Positions 48,105-64,000 of a DNA stretch of 64,000 nucleotides are shown piece by piece (position 1 is the first letter of the stretch; every line of letters starts with the position of its first letter). Under the pieces are notes generated by a model that did not search any database, was not told the DNA's origin, and worked only from the letters and a program-made list of their open reading frames with translations. The translations under genes and the position numbers were made by a program. Source of the stretch: the human T2T-CHM13v2.0 reference genome, Homo sapiens; NCBI RefSeq assembly GCF_009914755.1, contig NC_060936.1. One strand, written 5' to 3'.

Positions 48105-49034
48105 TAGTCCGTCCTCATTATTTGTGGATTATTCCATTTGGAGATTTGTCTACTCACTGAAATTTATTTGTAACCCCAATATCAATACACATGGTCTTTT
48201 CACGGTCATCTGGGGACATACGAACATACAGTGAAAAACATGAGCTGCCCGATGTACATGATGCCAGGTGAGATCCAGAAAGGTGACGCTCTACCTTACT
48301 TCATATTTTTGTACTTTTTTGGTGACTTCACTATTTAGAATGCCCCCGGTTAGTGATAAAGTGCTACCTAGTGTGTTCCTAAGCTCAAAAAGGCTGGAAT
48401 GTGCCTTACAGAGAAAATGTGTGTGTTAGATAAGCTTCATTCAGGAATGAGTTATAGTGCTGTTGGCTATGAGCTAAATGTTAATGGATCAACTATCTAT
48501 CATCTATCTATCTATCTATCTATATCTATCTATAAAATAAGGTGTCTTTAAACAGAAACACGTATAAAATGATCGGTTGGTAAATTTAGGGCCAAAGGCT
48601 TGCAGAAACCTAACCCTGTTATCTCCCCTGCAGATTCAATATTCGTTAACTCAGGATTCAGGAAAACTTTATAGAATATAACTGCCATGATGCCAGATGT
48701 AGTGGCTCATGCCTGTAATCCCAGCACTTTGGAAGGCCAAAGTGGGAGGACTGCTTGAGGCCAGGAGTTCAAGACCCCATCTCCACTAAAAATTTAAAAA
48801 ATTAGCCAGACATGGTGGCACATGCCAGCAGTCCCAACTACTCAGGAGGCTGAGGTGGGAGGATCGCTTGAGCCCAGGAGGTCAAGGATACAGCGAGCTA
48901 TGATCACACTACTGCACTCCACAGACTTTTGAGATACTGTCTTAAAATATATATATGTGTGTGTGTGTGTGTATGTATATGTGTATGTGTATATATACGT
49001 ATATATAACTGCCATGAATAATGAGAATTGACTG
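48105..49034. mobile_element. MER82 (TcMar-Tigger), interrupted by an Alu
   Basis: AGTCCGTCCTCATTATT...AATAATGAGAATTGACTG-TA terminal repeats. Confidence 0.8.
48691..49002 (+). mobile_element. AluJ with a (TA)/(TG) microsatellite tail
   Basis: TSD ATATAACTGCCATGA. Confidence 0.9.
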
Positions 49035-49117
49035 TAATCCAAATCTATAAACATAATGAAACAAACAACTAAGTAAAGAAGAAAACAGGGGTGTGCTGCT
49101 TTATTCAGTATTTGTAG

Positions 49118-49463
<346 letters not shown>

Positions 49464-49571
49464 TATATTTGCTTTTTTAATAGAGGTTAAAACTTAAAAC
49501 TGAAAAACTAAAATAAATCAATCTACTGTAGATATCAAGTTGGTGACATAACTATATAGAAAAAAAATTTA

Positions 49572-49936
<365 letters not shown>

Positions 49937-49959
49937 CTAAGGAGGCATAAAAAATCTAT

Positions 49960-50750
<791 letters not shown>

Positions 50751-50899
50751 TTTTAAATAGTCTCTTACTGACCTTACTCTTTAAAGGAGAAGATCATTAA
50801 TGCTGACAGTTTTTAATCAATTACTGAGTTGTTCACTATTATTTTAATAGACAGTGGTATTTTACATAATAATAATTATAGTAATGACAGCAGCAATGG

Positions 50900-51095
50900 C
50901 TATTAATATTATTACTTACTGCATGTCTGATATAAGGCTAAGCATTTCACATGTATTATCTTATTAAATCCTAACCCTGATAGGTAGGTCTAGTATGGTC
51001 TATATTTTACAGATGGAAAAAACTGAGGTACACAGTTGCTCAAAGACGCATGGCTAGTAATCAGCAAATCAGATTTGAACCCAGGACTGATTCCA
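50900..51095 (-). mobile_element. MIR
   Basis: ATTTTACAGATGGAAAAAACTGAGG...TTTGAACCCAGG. Confidence 0.75.
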
Positions 51096-51220
51096 AAGTG
51101 TGTGCTGGGGTAGGGGTTTAGCTAGTACGGGACAGGGCCCAATGTAGCCTTTTCAGAAACAAAGTAATGGGTGCCTATGGATATTCTTCATGTAGGTCTG
51201 GAATCAAACAACAGAGAAAA

Positions 51221-51495
51221 GCCTGTAATCCCAGCACTTTGGGAGGCTGAGGCGGGCAGATCACTTGAGGTCAGGAGTTCAAGACCAGCCTGGCCAACAT
51301 GGTGAAACCCTGTCTCTACTAAAAACATAAAAATTAGCCAGGCGTGGTGGTGCACCCCTGTAATCCCAGCTACTCAGGAGGCTGAGGCAGGAGAATCACT
51401 TGAACCCAGGAGGCGGAGGTTGCACTGAGCCGAGTTCACGCCCCTGCAATTCCAGCGTATGTGATAGAGTGAGACTCCGTCTCAGAGAAAAATAA
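51221..51495 (+). mobile_element. 5'-truncated AluS
   Basis: TSD AACAAC(A/C)GAGAAAA. Confidence 0.95.
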
Positions 51496-52104
51496 CAACC
51501 GAGAAAAGGGGAGGAGAAAACCCAGCTCTCTCCCCATCCCAGCCTTGGTTTTCTACTTAGTGAACCATGTGAACCTTCACTAGCCCATCTTGTTTTCTGC
51601 TATAAAAACAGAAGTCCTGATAACGTGTTCACAGGGATGCTGTAAGCACCAACCATTACGTGCAAAGCACCCCAAGGATGATGGATGCTCCATAATTCCT
51701 AATTAGCATCTCTCAATTAGGAAGCTGGAAGCTGCTGCTCTGGAGGTGAATTGCAAGTCTGACTTGCAGATATCAGGGCTGCTTCAGATGAGGAAAACGG
51801 TTGGCCTCTCTCTCTGGAGGGACTCTGTGGGTGGCCCTTCTAAGAGCTCTTTTCAGCACTTTGGAAGTTTCTCTAAAGATCCATTCTCCTTGTCATATGT
51901 TTGCATGCATCCACAGGAGAAAAATCACCCAGCAGCCACCAGCGGTGACAGCCCCAGATGGCCTTGTTCTTGGCAGAGACGGCCCAATGACCTTCACCAC
52001 CCACCTCTGTCCCTGCAATGTGGAGGCACAATTAAAACTCTCCAAGGGTGGCCTTGCTAGACCGCCTTTCAGCAGGTATCCTGGGAGATGGCACAGCATG
52101 GCCT

Positions 52105-52310
52105 ACAGGACAGCAGAGACTGAGGTTCTAAAATCTTGCTTCCAACAATTCCTAGTTGTGTGTCCTTAGGGGAATTACTTGATCTCTCTGTGCCTCGGTT
52201 TTGTCATTTGTCAAATGTGATGTTCCTACCTCCCAGGACTGTGGTAGGTATGAAACTATATATGGAAAGTGCTTAGCTCAGTCTCTGGCACACCGTTGGC
52301 ACCCAATCAC
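52105..52310 (+). mobile_element. MIR
   Basis: CTCTCTGTGCCTCGGTTTTGTCATTTGTCAAATG. Confidence 0.7.
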
Positions 52311-52375
52311 AACACTGATCATTTTGGGGTAATGATTTTATTGTCATTATATAATTTTTTTAAAAAAAGGACCAT

Positions 52376-53021
<646 letters not shown>

Positions 53022-53109
53022 CTAAAAGCTGGTATGTGAAAGCAAAGTCATCAATGCGTACTCGTATAAAATTAGCATCTAGAAAGTCATTCTGCCCTCC
53101 TTGCCCCCT

Positions 53110-54030
<921 letters not shown>

Positions 54031-54439
54031 ATTTAGTGGAAACCAATATTTGTTGAATATTTACAAGCCAGGCACTTGAATTATTTTTTTCACATTTAAT
54101 CATTTCAACAATCCCCATGAGGTAGACATCGCAAATGGAGCCAGAGATTGGCTACGACATCATGCTTAGCAAAGGCAAGTGCCTGGTTTTGAACTCAGAT
54201 CTGGTAGACTTCAATGCCAACCTTTCCCACAAGCTGACACTGTCATCTCAAAAAAGGAAGGAAAACACTTCGCCTTAAGGCAGTCTCGCATGTGTCCTTT
54301 GGGATCAATGGAAGGGAACAAGTAAACCCAGAAACCCAGCACCATCACCAAGTACTTGTATGACTTCAGACATACATCTCTGCATCTCAATTACTTCACA
54401 TCTCTGCATCTCAATTACTTCAGGTTAGAAACAGCATTA

Positions 54440-55333
54440 ATATTTGTAGGAATATACTCTAGGATTTGAAAGCAGATATTTGTACACCAATGTTCATAGC
54501 AGCATTGATATGGTTTGGCTGTGTCCCCACCCAAATTTCATCTTGAATTCCCTTGTGTTGTGGAAGGGTCCCAACTGGGAGATAATTGAATCATGGGGGT
54601 GGTTTCCCCCATACTGTTCTCATGGTAGTGAATAAGTCTTACAAGATCTGAAGGTTTTATAAGGGGAAACTCCTTTCTTTCGGCTCTTATTCTTCTCTTG
54701 TCTGCAGCCATGTGAGACGTGGCTTTCACCTTCTGCCATGATTGTGAGGCCTCCCCAGCCACATGGAACTGTGAGTCCATTAAACCTCTTTCTTTTGTAA
54801 ATTGCCCAGTCTTGGGTATGTCTTTATGAGCAGCATGAAAACAGACTAATACAAGCATTAGTCACAATAGTCAAAAGGTGAAACCAACACAAGTGTCTGT
54901 CAGTAGACGAATGGATAAATGAAACGCAGTGTATCTATACAATGGAATATTATCCAGCCATAAAAAGGAATGAAGTAGTGATATGTGCTGCAATATGGAT
55001 GAAACTCAAAAACATTAGGTTAAGTGAAAGAAGCCAGACAAAAAAGGACAAATACTGTTTAATTCCATTCACAAGAGGTACCTACAACAGGCAAATTCAT
55101 AAAGACAGAAAGTAGAATAGATGTTACCGGGAGCAGGAGGGAGGGGAAATGGAGAGTTCTTGTTTAATGAGGACAGAGTTTCTAATAGGGATGATGAAAA
55201 ACTTTTGGTGATGATGTGGCAAGTTATTACATAGCACTGTGAATGTATTTAATGTCACTGAATTGGACACTTACAATTAAATGATAATGATGAAGTAATA
55301 AATATCATGTATACATACCTCAATTTAAAAAAA
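54440..55333 (+). mobile_element. L1MA/MB 3' end interrupted by THE1
   Basis: ATGTTCATAGCAGCATT...GAAAGAAGCCAGAC...AGACAGAAAGTAGAAT. Confidence 0.85.
54506..54853 (+). mobile_element. THE1 (C-like) solo LTR
   Basis: TGATATGGTTTGGCTGTGTCCCC...CTAATACA; 5-bp TSD AGCAT. Confidence 0.9.
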
Positions 55334-55617
55334 ATTTTTTTTTTTTGAGACAGAGTCTCACTCTATCACCCAGGCTGGAGGGCCTCAACTCACTGCAACC
55401 TCCGCCTCCCAGCTTCAAGCGATTCTTGTGCCTCAGCCTCCCAAGTAGCTGAGACTACAGGCACACACCACCCATCCAGATAATGTTTTGTATTTTTAGC
55501 AGAGAAGGGTTTTAGCCATGTTGCCCAGGCGGGTCTCAAACTCCAGAGCTCCAATAATCTGCCTGCCTCAGCCACCCAAAGTGCTGGGATTACAGGCATG
55601 AGCCACCGCACCCAGCC
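55334..55617 (-). mobile_element. Alu (small right-arm deletion)
   Basis: Antisense dimer. Confidence 0.95.
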
Positions 55618-55677
55618 AAAAAAATTATTCTTAAATAAGTTGTTCTTCATTATACTGGAGTTGTTCTGAGGACTAAA

Positions 55678-55830
55678 CTGGTGTTCTCAAACTTTAATAT
55701 GCACAGAAATCACCCAATTTTATTAAAATGTAATTCCATGAGGCTGGGCCAGGTCCTGAGATGTGGCACTTCTAATTAGCTCCCAGGTGGCACAGATGCT
55801 ACCTGCCCATGGGCCACACTTTGGGTAGCC
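55678..55830. mobile_element. MER5A
   Basis: GTTCTCAAACTT...AGCTCCCAGGTG...CCACACTTTGGGTAGC. Confidence 0.7.
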
Positions 55831-55892
55831 ACATACATAAAGCTCCACTGAGTGCCCAGCATATAGTAAACACTAAATTCTCGCTGTAGTTA

Positions 55893-56247
<355 letters not shown>

Positions 56248-57089
56248 TCAAACATCTTTGTCTTTCACTGGTAAATGCTCATTTCAAGAAGAAAGCAGCA
56301 CATTTTGATCTGCTCTGAGATCTCAAAACCCCCAAGCACACTCTTTTTACAGAAACTCCAAGAGAGTCGTGCGGAGCAGAGACTTCAGCGGCTGTGTCTC
56401 CCACAGACATCTAAAAACATTTCTCTCAAAGTGTCATATGGATAAAAACACCAAGCTTGAAAAATATTTTCATTTTAAAGGATCTCAACCAAAAAGAAGC
56501 AAGCATAAGACACAGATAGCACTTTGGCCTAGCCCAGTCCACGCCCTGTTCCTAGGCAGCCATCGAATACTTCTGATGACCTGGGAATTCATTTTTAACT
56601 ATCTCAGCCATTTGTTCAGGGCCTGCAGGTGAAGAATAGATGAGAATAGTTAGGGACCAGGGCTTCAGAGAATGACTCAAAAAGAAGGACATCACCATGG
56701 CTCGGATTCAGGTCACACTCCTGTATCCAATCTCCCTTGCTAAAGAGGTCGTGCCCGCCTGGATGTGGGGCACAATCTTGAGTCAAGACTGCCACAGTCA
56801 TGTCCACCAATTCTAGGAACAACCCAGTCCAAACCACTGCTAGACGTTCTCTCTTCCCATCCGTCACCCTTCCCAACAATTTAGAGCTGAAAGCTGCTCA
56901 TACGTGTCAAGATTCAAGACTGCATCTTGCTATTCTGCTTTAGGAATTCAGTCTGCTAGGCACGGAGCCCAAACCATAGGAACAATACAACCAGAAAATT
57001 TCCAAATAGAGCTGAGAAGTTCATTCAGAAAACCAAACCCAGGTTATTCTAGACCAGCCAGATTAATTTCTATATATTTACTATAACTG

Positions 57090-57250
57090 CAATGGTTAAC
57101 ATTGAGTGCCTGTCACATACAGGACACTGAGCTGAGCATTTTGCACCTATTGTCTAATCCTCATGCCAACATTAGGAGGTAAACATCCTATTTTTACAGA
57201 TGGGGATTCAAAGACATGGAGGACATTATGCCCAAGGTTATGGCTCCATA
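57090..57250 (-). mobile_element. MIR
   Basis: ATTTTTACAGATGGGG...GCCCAAGGT. Confidence 0.65.
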
Positions 57251-57288
57251 ACTTAGAAAGACAACACTGCTATCTGAAACTTAAACCT

Positions 57289-57590
<302 letters not shown>

Positions 57591-57717
57591 TTAAACCTAT
57601 CTTAAAATGATACTTAATCATGGTGTTATACAGTTGACATATGTTCACAAGAAGCACAGGCCAGACAAATTCCAGAATTCACACTTGATCATAACACTAC
57701 AGTCAAAAATAAGAACA

Positions 57718-58340
<623 letters not shown>

Positions 58341-58458
58341 TCAGAAAATACTAGTGATGTCTACCATTTGGGGGTTCTTCCCAATGTTAGCATGAAGTGG
58401 CTGTCAGGGGTTAGTAATGAGTGGTCGGTGATAACACATTCCACTTGTTATGATCACC

Positions 58459-58955
58459 TAGATTTGCCAGAGTTAGCAAATAAAAAGACATTTGGTTAAA
58501 TGAGAATGTCAGATAAACAACAAATAATTTTTAGTATAAGTATGTTCTGTGCAGTATTCAAGCATACTTATACTAAAAATGTATGCATTGTTGGCCAGCC
58601 GTGGTGGCTCATGCCTGTAATCCCAAAACTTTGGGAGGCCGAGACAGGCAGATCACGAGGTCAGGAGATCAAGACCATCCTGGCTAACACGGTGAGACTC
58701 CGTCTCTACTGAAAATACAAAAAATTAGCCGGGTGTGGTGGCGGGCGCCTGTGGTCCCAGCTACTTGGGAGGCTGACCTATAGGAGAATGGCATGAACCC
58801 GGGAGGCGGAGCTTGCAGTGAGCTGAGATCATGCCACTGCACTCCAGCCTGGGTGACAGAGCAAGAGTCTGTCTCAAAAAAAAAAAATAAAGTATGCATT
58901 GTTTATCTGAAATTCAAATTTAAAAGAGCATCCTATATTTTATCAGGAAACCCGA
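58459..58955. mobile_element. MER53 interrupted by AluY (58593-58891, +)
   Basis: TTGCCAGAGTTAGCAAATAAAAA start, central palindrome; Alu TSD GTATGCATTGTT. Confidence 0.85.
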
Positions 58956-59419
58956 TAAACAGCAAAGTCATAAAGTACTTTGGTTTATGGTTATGGCACA
59001 CTACAACCAAGCCCTAAATTGCGGGGCCACAGTTTCCCAAGTACTTTAAAATCTTCTTACCCTTGATCCTCCCAGTATCCTGTGGCTCAGTAAAGTTATG
59101 TAACTTGCCCAAGCGACACACAGCAAGAGGGTGGCAGAGCTGGGACCCAGCACCGTGCTCCAGTTCTCCATCCACTCACCATCCCAAAAAAGATACATGG
59201 CGCCTCTTAAATGGGAGGGCAGATGTGTGACCACACTTGGCTTCAGAGTGCATGAGTGGAGGGAGAGCTATTATTTAAATCCAGCCGACGTTGCAAACTC
59301 TGAAACATCCCACTCTGAATATCCAGACATTCCTAGTAATATGTTCTTTACCCTTTTGATCCTTATGCCCTACTTAGAATTTTCTGCATTTGCTGGAATT
59401 CTGGATTAAGAATTCTGGC

Positions 59420-59956
59420 TACATTGGAACAACAGAATCTATTGTATCCTCCAGCCAAGCTCATTATCTTTGAGTAACAGCATCCCAGCTTTTGTTTGGA
59501 GAACATCCCTGCTTGGTCCACAGGGCTTGGAAGGGACTGATCTCGCTCCCTGGCTCCAGAACTGACCCATGACAACACCGCTCCCTTTTGACTCCAGGAG
59601 TAGAGAAATGAAGCACTCCTGGCTGGTGAATAGGATACCCCAGAAATTTGTTGGAGCCACTGAGAAATAATCACGCTCTTCCTACAAGCAAGGTGATAAA
59701 ATGCAAGTGTGGCACTTCCAGTGGCCATTCTGCCACCGTAAGGAAAGGCTGTTTGGATGAAAGCAATCCAGAAAGAAAGCCAAACTGAGAGGTGTAGACA
59801 AGGCTTTGCTTTGTCAAGTACCTGGATCTAGCCACGCTGAAGCCAGTGCTACCCATAAACATCTCAGTCCCACAAGCCAAAGAACTCCCCATTTTTGTTG
59901 AACCAGTTTGAGATAAGTTTCTCACACTCGCAAACAAAGGGGCTCAGATGAATACA
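59420..59956 (+). mobile_element. MLT1K-like LTR
   Basis: ...CACAAGCCAA...AACCAGTTTGAG...TGAATACA. Confidence 0.55.
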
Positions 59957-60115
59957 ATCAGTGAATATCATCACATTTTCTATCAGTCAACAGGCAAGGT
60001 CAAAAACATCTGGAAATCCTGTTCACTCTAAGTTCTAAATATAACCAAAATCCAACCATGGCTCACCGGCCTGGTGCAAGCCACAGTCGTCTTCTTCTTC
60101 TATTTATATTTTAAA

Positions 60116-60583
60116 TTTTTTTCTTTTTGAGACAGAGTCTTGCTCTGTCACCCAGGCTGGAGTGCAGTGGTACGAGCATGGCTCACTGCAGCCTTGAACT
60201 CCTGGGTTCAAGGGATCCTCCCACCTCAGCCTCCTGAGTAGCTGGAACCACAGGCATGCACCACCACACCCAGCTAATTTTTAAAAATTTTTTGTAGAGA
60301 CAGGCTCTTGCTACCTTGCCCAGGCTGGTCTCAAACTCCTGGGTTCAAGTGATCCTCCTGCTTCAACCTCCCAAAGCGCTGGGATTACAGGTCTGAGCCA
60401 CCTTGCCCTGCCTTCTTATTCTTCTTCTTTTTTCACACAGGGTCTTGTCTTGCTCTGTTGCCCAGGCTAGAGTGCAATGGCCCGATCACAGCTCACTGCA
60501 GCCTTGACCTCCTGGCTCGAGCAATCCTCCCTCCTCAGCCTCCCAAGTAGCTGGAATCATAGGCATGCACCACCACACCCTGC
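60116..60583 (-). mobile_element. AluJ (60116-60412) and a right monomer (60428-60583)
   Basis: Antisense Alu sequence. Confidence 0.9.
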
Positions 60584-60762
60584 TTGCAGTCTTCTGACTC
60601 ATCCACCTGCTTCTATTCAGGCCCCTAGAGTCTGTTCTCAACCAGTGACTAGAAAGATGCTGCTAAAACTGAAGTCAGATCCCACTCTTCCTCTGCTCAA
60701 AACCCTCCAATGTGTTCATTTCATGGGGTAAAATGTTTACACTGGTCTCAAAAGCTCTCATG

Positions 60763-61066
60763 GGCCGGGCATGGTGGTTCATGCCTGTAATCCCAGCACT
60801 TTTGGGAGGCCGAGGTGGGTGGATCATTTGAGGTCAGGAGTTCGAGACCAGCCCAGCCAACATGGTGAAACCCCACCTCTACTAAAAATACAAAAGTTAG
60901 CCGGTCGTAGTAGTGGGCGCCTGTGATCCTAGCTACTCAGGAGGCTGAGGCATAAGAATTGCTTGAACAGGGAGGTGGAGATTGCAGTGAGCCAAGATTG
61001 CGCTACTGCACTCCAGCCTGGGCAACAGTGTGAGACTCAGTCTCAAATAAATAAATAATAAATAAA
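60763..61066 (+). mobile_element. AluS
   Basis: Flanks share CTCTCATG. Confidence 0.95.
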
Positions 61067-61328
61067 GGCTCTCATGATCTGGTCCCACTCCACTCTGGTC
61101 ACACAAGCTTCCTAGCTGTTCCTCAGACACCTCAGGGGCTTGGCACATGCGGTGGCCTCTCTCTGAGTGCTTTTCCCCCCAGAGGTCCCCGGGATCACTC
61201 CCTCAGTTCCTTTAAGTCTTTGCTCAAATGTCACCTTTTTCATGAAGCCTGCTCTGCTTTTTTCTTTTTTCCATAGTACTTGTCACCTTCTATCATCCTT
61301 GATAGCTTCCTTATTCCATTTATTGAAC

Positions 61329-61963
<635 letters not shown>

Positions 61964-62299
61964 AGCTTCCCTATTCAGTGACTGTGAAAACAGCTTTTAT
62001 TTGTTTGTTGTCTGTCTCCCCCACCTAGAATGTGAGCTACAAGAGCACAGGGCTCTTAGCCTGTTTTGCTCTCAGACATATATCCCTAGCACCTAGAACA
62101 TTGCACGGCACATGGCAGGTGCCCCATACTGGGAAACCATAAGCTGGGATGAAGCTGACCCAGGAAAAAGGAAACAGGTCTGAAAAACAGAAGGGTGGTG
62201 TCTGGGAGACTAGACAAACATGAGCCAGAGCCCAGAGGGTGCCCAGGGACGCCTCCTCCATCTGCCCCCAGCCTCAAGGTGGTATCTGGGCTCAGCCCA

Positions 62300-63271
<972 letters not shown>

Positions 63272-63289
63272 GCCTGAAACATATTAGAC

Positions 63290-63610
63290 TCCTCCCATGT
63301 TGGACTTCATTTGGTTCCTCAAATGCCCCATGCTATCTCCTAACTCTTGGCATTTGTGCATACTGTTCCTGCTGCTTGGAACACCCTTTCCTCGTCTCTA
63401 GCTAATGCTGTCATCCTTCAGGTCTTCGCTTTAGCATCACGTCACCAGATCCACGACGTGAAGGCATGTATTCTGTGTCCCAGTACCCAGCACGGTGCCT
63501 GACGTGCAACACATATTTGTACATCATTATTTCCACACATGCCAGACTGACATTTGTGTATCTAATGCATTTAACGTAAAGTGGAATAAATGAAGGACTG
63601 AATGAATGCT
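63290..63610 (+). mobile_element. L2 3' fragments
   Basis: CATACTGTTCCTGCTGCTTGGAACAC...CCAGCACGGTGCCTGAC...GAATGAATG. Confidence 0.6.
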
Positions 63611-63650
63611 GAGCTCAACAACCAGCTTGCCTTTCAAAGCAGACATCATA

Positions 63651-64000
63651 GGCCAGGTGTGGGGGCTCATGCCTGTAATCCCAGCACTTTGAGAGACAGA
63701 GGTGGGAGGATCGCTTGAGTCCAGAGGTTCGAGATCAGCCTAGGCAACATAGAGAGACCTCATTTCTACAAAAAATTTAAAAATATGTAACTAACCTGCA
63801 CATTGTGCACATGTACCCTAAAACTTAAAGTATAATAATAATAAATAAATAAATAAATAAATAAATAAAGGCAAAAAAAAAAATTAACCGGGCATGGTGG
63901 TGTACCCCAATAGTCCTAACTACTCAGGAGGCTGAGGCAGGAAGATCACTTGAGCCCAAGAGTTCAAGGCTGCAGTGAGCCCATAATCATGCCACTGCAC
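63651..64000 (+). mobile_element. AluJ (runs off the window) with an L1 in its linker
   Basis: Left arm 63651-63782, right arm from ~63885. Confidence 0.9.
63783..63882 (+). mobile_element. Extremely 5'-truncated young L1PA (L1PA3-like) plus tail
   Basis: TATGTAACTAACCTGCACATTGTGCACATGTACCCTAAAACTTAAAGTATAAT then (AAAT)n. Confidence 0.9.

Overview
Primate, almost certainly human, genomic DNA: non-coding and very repeat-rich. I count about 60 Alu copies or fragments by eye, plus MIR, L2, L1 3' fragments, MaLR solo LTRs, Tigger and hAT DNA transposons, and microsatellites. I cannot support any protein-coding exon, RNA gene, CRISPR array or named gene; the listed ORFs are mostly Alu, simple-repeat or chance frames. 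Between the repeats lie several largely repeat-free blocks with clustered developmental transcription-factor motifs (about 1-1760, 22.2-23.6 kb, 32.6-34.1 kb, 47.05-47.9 kb and 62.3-62.9 kb). L1 and LTR elements are strongly biased to the + strand, which suggests a long intron of a minus-strand gene (inference). The most unusual items are a ~78-bp inverted copy of a private Alu segment 1.2 kb from its source, a minus-strand recursive-splice-like site, four loci with triplicated target-site duplications (TSDs), a nested MER96B, a twin-primed L1 and a ~54-nt L1PA inside an Alu linker. I found no convincing novel biological system. Repeat subfamily names are recalled from consensus sequences, and boundaries without a TSD or terminal repeat are approximate.
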